Shown here: positions 40,084 to 50,850 of the stretch, one piece after another | Layout: each line of letters begins with the position of its first letter | Position numbering within the stretch: position 1 is the first letter of the stretch | Source: Chamaesiphon sp. | GTDB taxonomy: Bacteria; Cyanobacteriota; Cyanobacteriia; Cyanobacteriales; Chamaesiphonaceae | DNA length: 64,000 nucleotides | Direction of reading: 5' to 3' | NCBI GenBank assembly: GCA_965246715.1 | Contig: CBDFFH010000020.1 | Location: 197,726-261,725, forward strand | The notes under the pieces: generated by a model | Seen by the model: the letters and a program-made list of their open reading frames with translations, nothing else | What the model was told of the DNA's origin: nothing | Databases searched by the model: none | Position numbers and translations under genes: made by a program

Positions 40084-41457
40084 TACTGCTCGATCCCCTC
40101 TGCTCGATCCAGATCTGGGGCTTCTGTTTGGAGTACGGTAATCGGTCGTCCATTGGCTGGACTTTGAGCCTCAGTACTCGAAATTTCACCGTTTGGCTTT
40201 GAATTCAGTTCGTGGAGGTTGACCGGAATTTCTGGTTCCTCCTCGCCAAAGGTCGAGCCATAGGGCGGTGGTGGTGGGCGAATCGCGATGTGGCGGTAGG
40301 TTGAAGATTGGGGGTCTTCTGAGTTGTTGGGGATGTAGATTGAGATTTAACGGGGGTTTTCGGTGCGGGTTGCTGATTTTGGGCTTGTAACTGTCGTTCG
40401 AGGTTGCTACTTTGAGTCTCAGATCTGCTACTTCATCGAAGCGAAGCGCGCCGTCTTCTGCCAAGGCAGACGCTACGCGAACGGCGGTCGAAGTTTCTAC
40501 CACTGCTGCTGGTTGCCAAGTTTTAACCGCATCGACTGTCTGAGGCTTGCTCTGAAGCTGACTTCCAATCCGATCGATCCGCTGTTCCAGTCCGATTAAT
40601 TTGTTTGCCAAGTGCGAAACTTCAATCTGATGTAACGTCTGGGGATGCCGCTGCTGTTCGCGGGCGTTAGCATTTTGGGCGGTACGAATCAGATCGCCGA
40701 ATGACTCTAGCTTGTAGTTTTAACTCTGCGAGTCGATCGTTCGTCTGTTCTAAATCTTCGACATATACTGGGATTGCTCGGCGGCGGGGGCTGTTGCTAG
40801 TCGCTCTAGATCTACTGAATCGATCGATTGGATTGAATCTTCAAATGAGGCTAGATCTCGCTCTAGACTGCTCGTGCGTTCGCGCTCATCTGTGAGTAAG
40901 TTTAAATCGAGCGACAGCCGCTCGGATGCTAGATTGACGAACTTCATTAATTGCCGTTCGGCATCCGTTCCTTGTGTCGCTTGCACCGCGATGTTGCCAT
41001 CTCGATCTACGTCGAAATCGAGCAGAGTCCGCTCGGATTTGGAATCTCTAACCGTATAATTAATCGCACCGTTGGGAGCGACAGATTTATAAAAGATATA
41101 GTCCCGTTCGAGTTGCCGTCCGCGATCGAGGGAGCCAGTCAACTGTTCGAGTCGATCGATAAAAATTGCGGCGTGTCGATAATTGGTATCGCTTAATTTC
41201 TCTCCTTGAGCTAACCGATCGAGATCGGGCATTGATATTTTATCTAATCGAGCGCGTTCGCTAATTGCTGCGGTTTTTCTTTGGATCGCTTCATTCTGGC
41301 TATGCTTGAGAATTGACAACGCACCCAGCATCAATCCGGCTGTCGCTCCCACCAAATTAGCTCCAATCCAGAAACCTAAGTTGTAGCCGAGTTTATGCGC
41401 CCAATCATCGATCTGTTGAATCTCTCTGGTTTTGTCGTCTTTATTAGTTTCGAGCAC
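40084..41457 (-). pseudogene. Frameshifted hypothetical plasmid protein
   Basis: ORF pieces 40750-41529 and 40186-40611 plus linking frames end in TAA adjoining the next ATG at 40083. Confidence 0.5.
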
Positions 41458-41535
41458 GATTTTAATAGGGAAAAGGGGAAGGGGAAAAGGGAAAAGGGAT
41501 CGATTGAAAAGTATTTTGATATTGCCCAATGCGAT

Positions 41536-41901
41536 TTATCCCAAAATATTAGGAGGGATGGTTTCTTTACTCAATTTGACGAGTTCTTCTAGAGAAATTG
41601 GATCGTAATTGCTGGAAAATGTCGCTAATTCCTCTCTGTTTATCGCTTTTTCCAATCGAGCTGTTAAGTGAGAAAAGATGGTAACTCCATTCCGTTCGAC
41701 GATCGCCAATCGGCCATCGAAATACAGCAAGTGATACTTATATTGACGATCTTCTACCCAGTGAATGTAACTGCGGCCATTGTCATCCCGCCACAATTTC
41801 TCGTGCTCGTTCCAGCACTCGGTAATAGCTGGATGCCGATCGAATTTGGGCAACTGTTGCGATGCGACAATTTCGGATTGAATTTGATGATGAGTTTTCA
41901 T
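41536..41901 (-). CDS. Hypothetical protein
   Basis: 121-aa ORF with GGAGG-containing upstream region, in the minus-strand operon. Confidence 0.6.
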   Translation of the reverse strand: MKTHHQIQSEIVASQQLPKFDRHPAITECWNEHEKLWRDDNGRSYIHWVEDRQYKYHLLYFDGRLAIVERNGVTIFSHLTARLEKAINREELATFSSNYDPISLEELVKLSKETIPPNILG

Positions 41902-42060
41902 GGTGGAGGCTAGTAGTTTTAAGTGTGAGGAGTGTGAGGGGGAAGGAAGGGGTAAAGGGTAAAGGGTAAAGGGTAAAAGGTAAAAGGGTGTTTATTTCTC
42001 TGTAACTCCGTTACTCCCCCACTCCCCTACTCCCCCACTCCCCCACTCCCTTTCCCTTTT

Positions 42061-43731
42061 CTAAAGACTGAAGGGCTGCGCGATAATGAGATTGACATCC
42101 GTACCCGTGGGCAAGAAATAGATTTTGGAAGCACTATTAATCTGGGTAGTTGTCTGTTTATTCCGTTCCATCCACTGAGTCACTAATGGACTAAAACCAC
42201 CGTCTAGCACCGCCCCTAATATATTTTGTTGTGAATTGCTAGTTTGGATGATGCCGCCAGTGGTTGCAACGGTTTGAGTTTGGCTTTGGGTGAGGTTTTT
42301 ACCGATCGCCGAGAAAGCTCCACCTGCAAAACTCATCAGATCGCGATTGAAGACCTCGCCCTGCCCGAATGATTTAACTTGGGCGACTAATGGCTGTTTG
42401 CTGGCATCTTGGAGGATAATTGCCTGCTTGGGTAGGTCGATTAGTTGCCCGTCAATCGAGGCTTTGGCACTGGATACCTGAAGCATCCCATTATCGAGGG
42501 CGGCAACTTCACACATAATCTGAGTGCCAGCAGGTAGTAAGGTTTTGCCTTGAGTATCGAGTACGGCTGTGGATAAGGCGATGAAAATTGGCTGTGAGGG
42601 TGCGGTCGTCACTGCTTGATAGGGAATCACCAGTTTGGATTTAATTTGTTGCCCCACCGCCGCCGAGCCAGTGTTGCGAGCCGACCGATAGTTGCTAGCA
42701 GGTGGATTATTTGTGGGTGAAGTCGCGATCGTGGCAACCGCAGGCGATCCGTTTGCAGTCGCACCTGTTTTACCCCATACTCCCACCGCATTGTTATTGG
42801 CGACTTCCCAGGTAACGGGGGTAGCCCTGGGGGTATTTGTAGCTCTAACGCTTGGTTGTGGACGATTCTCCGCAGGAGATGCTCTGCCAACGACTGCTGC
42901 AATTCTTGTCGGCTTCTCTTTCACCTGAACGACCTTACGAACTGGTGTCGGTATGGACGCGGGTGTTGGTTTAACTGCCACGGGTGCAGCAGCTACTGGG
43001 GTCGGTGTGGTGACTGGCGGGGGAGCTTGGTAAACCGGATCGGCTTGTGGCGAATTATTTTTGATGATTTGAGGATTGCTATCGGTTGGTGGTGGATTAG
43101 TGGCGATCGACGAGCTAGGCGATGGTGAAGTTGCGGGTGTAGCAGTAACATTAACTGGAGGCGCAGCAGTTTTATCTACCGCAGTTTTGTCAGCAGAAGC
43201 TTTCTGTTGTGCGACTGCTGCCTCGATAACTTGTCTTTGGGAGTCTCCCATTGCTAGTTTGGAGTTAACAACTCCAAATCGAGGATCTGGTCTAAAATCC
43301 TCTGTAGGCTTTGCCGATGGGCTGGGGCTAGGTGTCGGCGCGGCGGCGACTTCTGGTTTCGTATCTGGCCAAACGATCGATCTTAGTACCAACCCAGCGA
43401 TTAACAATCCTCCTCCGACCAAGATCGTTTTGAAAAATGACTGCTTATAAATCGGTAGCTTAGTTTTAGATTCAGCAATATTTTCCGCTTGTTCTGTGGC
43501 GGTAATCGCCATCGAGTTGGCTGGATCTGTTGAATCGGTGGGTGACAATCCAGCTAAACTCGCCATATCCAGTGGGTTGAATGGGGCTGTTTTTGGTGCG
43601 GATGTGGGTTCTGGTTGTTGTTCTGGCTGTGTCTGAGGCTGTACCGAAGCTGGCTGTTTAATTGCGGACAAGATTTCCCCTTGCGCGAATCCTTCGCTGT
43701 GGTCTTCGTTGGGATTTGAATTGTTAATCAT
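42061..43731 (-). CDS. TrbI/VirB10-like type IV secretion protein
   Basis: Single TM helix, long Pro/Ala/Thr linker, C-terminal LLPAGTQI...YFLPTGTDV beta domain; true start likely ATG 43731. Confidence 0.75.
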   Translation of the reverse strand: MINNSNPNEDHSEGFAQGEILSAIKQPASVQPQTQPEQQPEPTSAPKTAPFNPLDMASLAGLSPTDSTDPANSMAITATEQAENIAESKTKLPIYKQSFFKTILVGGGLLIAGLVLRSIVWPDTKPEVAAAPTPSPSPSAKPTEDFRPDPRFGVVNSKLAMGDSQRQVIEAAVAQQKASADKTAVDKTAAPPVNVTATPATSPSPSSSIATNPPPTDSNPQIIKNNSPQADPVYQAPPPVTTPTPVAAAPVAVKPTPASIPTPVRKVVQVKEKPTRIAAVVGRASPAENRPQPSVRATNTPRATPVTWEVANNNAVGVWGKTGATANGSPAVATIATSPTNNPPASNYRSARNTGSAAVGQQIKSKLVIPYQAVTTAPSQPIFIALSTAVLDTQGKTLLPAGTQIMCEVAALDNGMLQVSSAKASIDGQLIDLPKQAIILQDASKQPLVAQVKSFGQGEVFNRDLMSFAGGAFSAIGKNLTQSQTQTVATTGGIIQTSNSQQNILGAVLDGGFSPLVTQWMERNKQTTTQINSASKIYFLPTGTDVNLIIAQPFSL

Positions 43732-43876
43732 AGGGTGGGGGAGTGGGGGAGTGACGGGGTAGGGGAGTGATGGGGTGGGAGCAAGGGAGTGGAAGATTAA
43801 GGGGGTGTAGGGGCGTAAGGGAGTGAGGGAGTAATAAACACACCCCAACACCCCAACACCCCAACTCCCCACTCCC

Positions 43877-44707
43877 CTACTTCACCAAGTCCTCTTTGCT
43901 AAAATCTTCCATCCCATAAATTTCGAGTCCAGCCGATCTCGCGATCGCGGTTACTGCTTGGAGATCTGTTTTGGAATCGAGCTTACTGACATCGGGCATG
44001 ATGGGTGGGATAACTGCTCGAATGTAGACATCTTTGTTAAATGGCACCAAGGTTTCGGGCACGTTTGCCGCAGTTCTTACGGCAAGATTGGCGACAATCT
44101 TCACTTTCCAAAGTTTTTCATCTGGCTTATTGGTTTTAATTTCAATCGGATCTTGAATCGATACGGGCACGAAGGCGACTTCTGACGAGCCTTGGAGCAC
44201 CTTGAGGGTCGTAATTAAGGGGGCGAGCTGTTGTCCCAAAAAGTCTTTGCGAAAATCATCGGAAATTGCGAATGAAGCCGCCCAGACTGGGGAGGGTAGC
44301 TTTAAATTTGCCGTGCCATCAGATTCGATCGCCACCCCAGGATCGGCTTTGGGCGATCGCATTTCATCTTGATTGGTGGGAATTAGATAAACGCGCCAAG
44401 TGAAGAGGTTGGTGAGAGTTTTGACGGTAAAATCTTGAATCGCTCGATCGGATCGCACTTTGCCATCAAATGCTTTAATCTCCATCGTCTTACCATTTAC
44501 CGTCTGAACGAGAGTGGGCATGGGTTTGTTGGCGATCGTATTAGCAGCATTCAACGCCAAGACTGAAACGAGTAACCCACATGTCGATATTCCCAACGTC
44601 CCTAGCGAACAAAGTGCGACAAAGTTTTTTTCTCGCTCTTGGATCGATCCAGTTTTACCGGATCTTTTTTTAAGATTGAGGACTGATAAATGATTTGAAT
44701 CTGCCAT
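43877..44707 (-). CDS. VirB8-like bitopic conjugation protein
   Basis: TM helix followed by PTLVQTVNG...FTW...WKVKIVA; ATG at 44707 (the ORF-track extension lies inside the ISL3 end). Confidence 0.6.
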   Translation of the reverse strand: MADSNHLSVLNLKKRSGKTGSIQEREKNFVALCSLGTLGISTCGLLVSVLALNAANTIANKPMPTLVQTVNGKTMEIKAFDGKVRSDRAIQDFTVKTLTNLFTWRVYLIPTNQDEMRSPKADPGVAIESDGTANLKLPSPVWAASFAISDDFRKDFLGQQLAPLITTLKVLQGSSEVAFVPVSIQDPIEIKTNKPDEKLWKVKIVANLAVRTAANVPETLVPFNKDVYIRAVIPPIMPDVSKLDSKTDLQAVTAIARSAGLEIYGMEDFSKEDLVK

Positions 44708-44726
44708 TATTAAAGCTAAAAAATAT

Positions 44727-46141
44727 GGCTCTACCGAACTTGCTATGCTAAGTAGTGGATAAGAATCAAGTTTAATTGACAAAATTGATAATTTTGAGTT
44801 ATGGAAGCTTGGTGCAGCATAAATGACAGATTTTATTATAGAATAGTAAGATCTTGATTTCTGGCAACAAATAAGCTTGAATTGCATTATGTCATCCAAA
44901 TCGCAACTAAAAACCATTAATGAAATTCTTAATATCGACGGAATGACCGTCACTGCTTATAAGATCTTAGATGAAATCGGTTATTTTATTTATCTAGAAA
45001 ATCAGCAATTAAAAGCAGTGTGTCCTCATTGTGGAACTGAAAGTAATAAACTTCATGAGAATCACCAATTAACAGTGAGAGATCTACCATTCGGTGAACA
45101 TGATGTTTACCTTAAAATTAATCGTCGTCAATTCAAGTGTATGAGTTGTGGTCGAAAATTCAGTGAGGAATTAAATTTCATCAAAAAGAGAAGTCATTTC
45201 ACCGAGCGAATGAAGCAGAAGATTGTCGAAGAGAGTCTAGCTAGTGATATTAAAAGTGTTGCCAAAAGAAATGGATTAAGTGAGCAAGAAGTGGAGACAA
45301 TAATCAAAAAAGCTGGGGTAAATCTAGTGCAAAAAAAGCCAGAGAATTTAACCAGACTAGGAATTGATGAAATTGCCTTTGTTAAAGGGCAAAAAAACTA
45401 TTGTGCGGTGTTAGTAGATCTAGAAAAAAGAGAGTTAATAGCCATCTTACCAAAAAGGACTCAAGAATGTATTGGTGAGTGCTTGAAGTCTTGGGGTTCG
45501 GAGGTTTTGAACCAAATTACAGAAGTAAGTATCGATCTATTTTCATCATACAAAAGTCTGGTAAATGAATTGATACCAAATGCTGAAGTGGTTGGAGACA
45601 GATTTCATGTAATGAAACAGATAAATGAAGAGTTAGATCGAGAGAGAATTAAAATCAAAAGAGAGGCTGAGAGGGTGAAGAACAAAGATGAAAAGAACAA
45701 GAAATTAGCAGCATTAACTCACAGTAAATATGCAATACTCAAAAACGAAGCGGATTTGAATGAATTGCAAAAAGAGAAGTTGAAAGAGATTGGAGACGTT
45801 TTTCCAGAATTAGCAGCAATGCACAAAACAAAAGAGTTATTTAGAGATATATTTGAATCAAAAACAGATTGGGGAAATGGGCTAATAAGCTTGTGTGACT
45901 GGCTCAAGAATGCTTGTGGGAAATTCCCCAAGAGTTGTGGAACTATTAAAAGATGGATTGGTGAAATAATTGCCTATTTTGATAATAGAACAACTCAAGG
46001 AGTCGTCGAAGGAATTAACAATAAACTCAAGCTAATAAAAAGAATGGGATATGGGTTTAGAAATTTTGAGAATTTTCAGATCAGAAGTTTGCTAGCATGG
46101 CATTTCAATCCTTGATTTAGCATAGTAAGTTCGGTAGAACC
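44727..46141 (+). mobile_element. ISL3-family insertion sequence
   Basis: Terminal IRs GGCTCTACCGAACTTGCTATGCTAA / GGTTCTACCGAACTTACTATGCTAA; 8-bp TSD AAAAATAT. Confidence 0.95.
44889..46115 (+). CDS. ISL3 transposase
   Basis: CPHCG zinc finger, LGIDE, DRFHV, EGINNKLKLIKRMGYGFRNF. Confidence 0.95.
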   Translation: MSSKSQLKTINEILNIDGMTVTAYKILDEIGYFIYLENQQLKAVCPHCGTESNKLHENHQLTVRDLPFGEHDVYLKINRRQFKCMSCGRKFSEELNFIKKRSHFTERMKQKIVEESLASDIKSVAKRNGLSEQEVETIIKKAGVNLVQKKPENLTRLGIDEIAFVKGQKNYCAVLVDLEKRELIAILPKRTQECIGECLKSWGSEVLNQITEVSIDLFSSYKSLVNELIPNAEVVGDRFHVMKQINEELDRERIKIKREAERVKNKDEKNKKLAALTHSKYAILKNEADLNELQKEKLKEIGDVFPELAAMHKTKELFRDIFESKTDWGNGLISLCDWLKNACGKFPKSCGTIKRWIGEIIAYFDNRTTQGVVEGINNKLKLIKRMGYGFRNFENFQIRSLLAWHFNP

Positions 46142-46669
46142 AAAAATATAGCAAGTCGCATCATATTTCTAACAGATAAATCGATCGATGATATGGGCTA
46201 AATTACTCGATCTCAAGTCCAGCTATCTAGCGGATAGCCTTCGATCGATGTAGTCGCTATAACAAGTTAATGGTATCGATAGTTCGGGTAATACGATCTT
46301 CTCAAGTAACATGAATCTTTCTAAAATTTGCCTGACTTCGATCGCTTTGATGTGTTGGTTTGTCAATCGCTGTAGTCCAGCATCGGCCTTGCCACCATCA
46401 GATATCGTCCAGTATCAATCGCCACAGCAAGAAGTTTTAACTATTAATTTACATTCTGGTTTGGGTACGAATATTAGTTTCAATGCTGTGAATGAGACAG
46501 TAGAAACGATGTTTTTGGATAACCAATCATATATATCTCTAACGACTGATGGTTGTCTTTCTAAATCTGAAACCCAACCTTGTGCCTCTGGTTCTGCACC
46601 TACACTCGTCCATCTCTCGTTAATCGACGATATCGAATTGCCAGGAGTAATCCGTGTCAATAAACGAGC

Positions 46670-48157
46670 CAGGGTGAACGCATCAAAACAGGATTTATTT
46701 CGATCGAGAGCCACTAAAATAGGCGATTAATGATATTCGATTGCTTAACTACAATTACGACAATATCAATAAAATCGAAACCAAAGACGAGGTTAAATTA
46801 ACTCAATTTAGTCCGGCAAAAGTGCGGCTAAAGATATTTAGCCAAATTCATACTCTGGGGTTAGTTAAATTTAGGCTAAAATAGCCTCTAGAAGTTCGCG
46901 CGAATATTCTTCATCAAGGCTCGCAAGAAATCGCTTCTTCCTAACACTTAGTTTTCGACTCTTGTTCTGACTCATTATATTAACTGCTATATGTCTTAAA
47001 ACAGCAAAATTAGCTGGAGCATTATCTTTTCTAATTCGACTAATGTCTTCTTTGAAAATAACATCAAGTACCCAATGGAGTGAATTTTCTATCGACCAAT
47101 GACCTCTGATTGCTTCTGCTAGTTTTTCAACATTATCTTCTAAGCTACTGATGAAATAACGAGCTTCTACGCTGGTTTTTTCATTGACAACTCGAACTGA
47201 TTCTACCATGCAAATACTAGTCAGATTTTGCCATTTTAGCAATGGATCTATTGATGTTGCAATGTCTGATATCATTAGGTAATTACGAGTTTCCTCTCTA
47301 CCTCTATTCATCTCTCTACTGCTGAAGCTATGCGTTTTCAGACTTTCACCACGAGTTTTAATCGCCTGTTTGAATAGCTGTTCTACCCTTTCATATAAAC
47401 TTGGTTGATTCTTTTTGACAGCAATTACATAATCTGCTTCTTTTTTGACAATTTTCTTGACTATTTCTCGCTGACATCCCATTGCATCAATTGTCACTAT
47501 ACATCCAGCTAGATCTAAGGCATTAATCAACTCAGGCAATGCAGTAATTTCATTTGATTTACTCTCGACTTTTGTTTGTCCTAATACTAATCTATTACTT
47601 GCTGCCCAAGCACTGACCGTATTAATTACTCCTTTACCATTTTTTTCGTCTCTTGAATTTCGAGATTGTTTTCCATCAAATGCGATTATCTCTCCTGCTG
47701 TTATTTTACTTATTCCTTTAATCCAATGCAGGAAAGATTTATTGAATTCTTCAGGATTAATTTGTGAAAATACCCGTGCAAATGTATCGTGAGATGGTAT
47801 CCCATTCGGTAATTCTAGAAATTCCTCCAGCCATTTTTTTCTGGTGATGCCATACAGCTCTATGTCTTCCCATCCATCTGCTCCACATACTACTGCACAA
47901 ATCGAGATCGTGATAATATCGATTAGTTTGTGTTTTTTCCCCCGTTCAATTCTAATGTCTTTTATGTCACCAAAGTGTTCTGCGATACTATGCCTTGGCT
48001 TTAGCTTCATTTGACGCGATCTGAATTTCCAATAAATATAACATAATTAACTGGCTATACTTGTTTACCATTAAAGCTTTCATACTTTTCGTAATTCAAA
48101 TCTGCAACTGATTTGCGAGGATTTTAAATAGTAGGAAATTTAAGTGCGTTCACCCTG
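46670..48157 (-). mobile_element. ISAs1-family insertion sequence
   Basis: IRs CAGGGTGAACGCA / TGCGTTCACCCTG; 10-bp TSD ATAAACGAGC. Confidence 0.95.
46871..48010 (-). CDS. ISAs1 transposase
   Basis: PSHDTF, FDGK, KSNEI, TIDAMGCQ, HWSIENSLHWVLDV. Confidence 0.96.
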   Translation of the reverse strand: MKLKPRHSIAEHFGDIKDIRIERGKKHKLIDIITISICAVVCGADGWEDIELYGITRKKWLEEFLELPNGIPSHDTFARVFSQINPEEFNKSFLHWIKGISKITAGEIIAFDGKQSRNSRDEKNGKGVINTVSAWAASNRLVLGQTKVESKSNEITALPELINALDLAGCIVTIDAMGCQREIVKKIVKKEADYVIAVKKNQPSLYERVEQLFKQAIKTRGESLKTHSFSSREMNRGREETRNYLMISDIATSIDPLLKWQNLTSICMVESVRVVNEKTSVEARYFISSLEDNVEKLAEAIRGHWSIENSLHWVLDVIFKEDISRIRKDNAPANFAVLRHIAVNIMSQNKSRKLSVRKKRFLASLDEEYSRELLEAILA

Positions 48158-48671
48158 ATAAACGAGCGGGACACAAATCTTTGCTGACTGTCGTTACCAA
48201 TGATGCTCGCAGACAGAAAAAAACGTATGTATTTACGCTCAAACTATTCGGTAAAAACGATAGTCAGCGTCATGTGGCATTAATTCAAATCGTACCGACA
48301 GCACCTAAACCGTTGGCAAAGCCTGCGCCCATCGCAATTGTTAAAGTTGCACCTGTCGTTACGCCTAAATCGAAAACTAGGCAACAATCTACTCCGATAT
48401 CTGCGCCATATATCCCGATCGCTACAGCAACAAATACACAATTCATTCCTGTAAATCTGCGCGTCACTAACCGTCAGAGTATCGATTATTTAGCGACTGG
48501 ATTTAGATTGGCGATTATGAGAGGTGACTATAAATTTAACAATCCACAATACGAAAGAATTAATAAATTTATCTTGGCATTAAATAATGGAGCTAAATTA
48601 GATTCGGCTTCTTCCTATGGTTTAAATCTAAATTTAGTAGCTAATTTAGTCAGCTTAGGAACGCCAGTACA

Positions 48672-49886
48672 GTGAGAAAGGCAAAATTAAATTCGTTGGC
48701 GCAGCCTCTCCAGAGGAGAATCGCTAATACAGTGAATACAGCCAAATTTAAGGCGATCGCTAAATTCACCTATTTTTCGATTACCACACTAGCTGTCATT
48801 TTTTACTTGGCAGGAGTGGCAAAAGCCGAGACCCCAGCGAATAATAATCCGCTCCGCTCGACCTTTTCACAGCTTACTGTTAACTCGATGGCAGCCTCAC
48901 CAACGGGGATGAGTGCCGCGATTCCACCTCAAGCCCAAGCGATGTTTGGTGGCTTAACTAAAGTTACCTGTCGAGCTGGGCAAGCACCATCAACCTGTCT
49001 GCCGCTGGGATTTCTCAATACTGCCTTTGGCATCGGTCAATTTACCCCGCAAACCGCCGCATCCGCCGCTGGAAAACCCGCTTTAACTGGCTCGGAAACC
49101 CTGGCGACTGCGACCCCGTGGCTGGGCAAGATCGCTGTGAAAGATGCGTTAGCTGGCAATCCCAGTTTAGTTGCGGTATTGCCGCAATCTGCCTTTGTTT
49201 CTGGGGGGAGTGGCGGTGGTACGATCGTCAATCCCAATCTCCAAAGTACTCCATTTGGTAGCGTCGTCGATCTCAAGTCGATTCAACTCAAGCAAGTGCC
49301 GAGTCTGGCGAATACGCCGTTAAATAACTTTGCGGGTATTCAAAAACTTACTACTTCCCAGATTCCAAATATTGGCAACATTGCCTTTGCGAATATGCCT
49401 AGCATCACCATCCCTGCGGGTGCGGCTGCGATGAAGATGGATGTGGTTCGCACCCAGGAACGCAATGTTCGACACATGGTAATGAGCGGCTCTGAGCAAC
49501 AGCCGAATGCAGCCTGCCAAACTAATTGTGACTATATTGAAACCCATCCTGTTATCGGGATGCCCTATCTCAAAGGCGCGCGGATAATTTCTGGCGATAG
49601 CCTCCAAGTGCGCGGTGGTAAAGGGTTACTCGCATGGGTAAATGGTGGCAAAGAACCGACTGGCATCCATTTTGCGGGGATGAAGTTCGTCGTTCGTAAT
49701 GTCAACGCCAAACAAGGGACGGCGACGGTAAACCTCAATTTTCGGAGCTGCTTCTATGCTTTTGGCGAACACTGTACGCCCTTCTTTATCGGCTTTCCAC
49801 TGTGGCAATTAAGCGAACGCCGCAATAGTTTTCCGCTGATTACTACTGATGCGAGTGTGGTTCGGTTGATTCGGTTACAGAAGTAG
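48672..49886 (+). CDS. Secreted Cys-containing protein of the conjugation region
   Basis: Hydrophobic leader; C-terminal CQTNCDYIE...GKEPTG...CTPFFIG block; overlaps the upstream stop. Confidence 0.65.
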   Translation: MRKAKLNSLAQPLQRRIANTVNTAKFKAIAKFTYFSITTLAVIFYLAGVAKAETPANNNPLRSTFSQLTVNSMAASPTGMSAAIPPQAQAMFGGLTKVTCRAGQAPSTCLPLGFLNTAFGIGQFTPQTAASAAGKPALTGSETLATATPWLGKIAVKDALAGNPSLVAVLPQSAFVSGGSGGGTIVNPNLQSTPFGSVVDLKSIQLKQVPSLANTPLNNFAGIQKLTTSQIPNIGNIAFANMPSITIPAGAAAMKMDVVRTQERNVRHMVMSGSEQQPNAACQTNCDYIETHPVIGMPYLKGARIISGDSLQVRGGKGLLAWVNGGKEPTGIHFAGMKFVVRNVNAKQGTATVNLNFRSCFYAFGEHCTPFFIGFPLWQLSERRNSFPLITTDASVVRLIRLQK

Positions 49887-49959
49887 GGGAGTGGGGGTGT
49901 TGGGGCATAGGGGGAGTGGCTATCTAGCCGATCGATCTCCCTCGCTTATGGCGGTATTA

Positions 49960-50181
49960 TCATACAGCGACTTTCTTGTGACGTTCGATCGCTTCTGCTC
50001 TTCTTTTTCCTTGCTCTTCAGGAGAAATCCACTCAAAAACAAGATCGTTGTCCTGGAACTTCATCCGCTCTGTATGTTCTTTTTCACCCGAAAGAAACAT
50101 CATCGGAATACCGTCAGGAAAGGCTGTGCAATTGCCGTCGAACTGGTAGTATTTGCAGATTGGGCATCCAATTTTACTCAT
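49960..50181 (-). CDS. Small Cys-rich protein, candidate immunity protein or antitoxin
   Basis: CPICKY...CTAFPDGIP...H; 4-nt ATGA overlap with the upstream ART-like gene. Confidence 0.6.
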   Translation of the reverse strand: MSKIGCPICKYYQFDGNCTAFPDGIPMMFLSGEKEHTERMKFQDNDLVFEWISPEEQGKRRAEAIERHKKVAV

Positions 50182-50693
50182 AATTCTGTCACCTCGTATA
50201 TTGCAATTTGCCTGCGATCGAAGATAATCACCAGTATTCGATCGCCCCCGATTTCTACTGCATCAAACCCCTGAGAAATCAACAATTTTGTTACTGTTTT
50301 TGATTGAAGGTCGTCTGCTGGAATATCGTTCTCTTGCAAGAACCTTTCAAAATCAATGCTATCGGTAAATTTCTTCGGCTTACGCACCCTAACTTTAGCC
50401 AAGACAAGAGCAGGTCGATCTGCTTGATTGGCGTAATCGATTCCTGTTTGTTTGGAGAAAGCAAGATAGAAACCGTCCCCATAGCTGTTGACTGATTCAG
50501 ACTCCAGCCTAGCCCCTCTTGATGTCAATCCGGCAAGATTCTCCGCATCCGTGCCGTGATAGAAGTCCCGATCCTCATAGTAACTATCTCTAGTATATTC
50601 CGCTGCTTCAGCCTCTGACATCATTGGCTTCCAATTCATCCCAATCGCTGCCTCCACCACCTTTATAAAACGAAGTGAAGATAGGTCACTCAC
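50178..50693 (-). CDS. ADP-ribosyltransferase-like protein
   Basis: FYHGT, YGDGFYLA....YA and GFDAV...IIFD resemble H-Y-type ART folds. Confidence 0.6.
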   Translation of the reverse strand: MSDLSSLRFIKVVEAAIGMNWKPMMSEAEAAEYTRDSYYEDRDFYHGTDAENLAGLTSRGARLESESVNSYGDGFYLAFSKQTGIDYANQADRPALVLAKVRVRKPKKFTDSIDFERFLQENDIPADDLQSKTVTKLLISQGFDAVEIGGDRILVIIFDRRQIAIYEVTEL

Positions 50694-50850
50694 TGCGTCA
50701 CCTATTTTACCCCTTTACCCTTTCCCCCACACCCCCTTACGTCTCAACTCCCCAATACCCGACACCCAACACCCCTCTTTTCAACCTCCCCACATCCCCT
50801 CTTCCCGACACCCGACACCCGACACCCGATACCCGATACCCCCTTTCCCC

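Larger units (their letters stand above)
46311..48675 (+). pseudogene. Secreted conjugation protein (VirB9/TrbG-like) interrupted by ISAs1
   Basis: Removing the IS and one TSD copy fuses ...VNKRA to GHKSLLTVVT... in frame (288 aa); signal peptide; GLGTNISF. Confidence 0.75.

Noticed and set aside
44708..44953. N-terminal extensions given by the ORF track (44953, 43872, 38563, 58894, 41529)
   Set aside because: They run through IS ends or heptamer tracts (PLPL/PTP-type translations); downstream starts are more plausible
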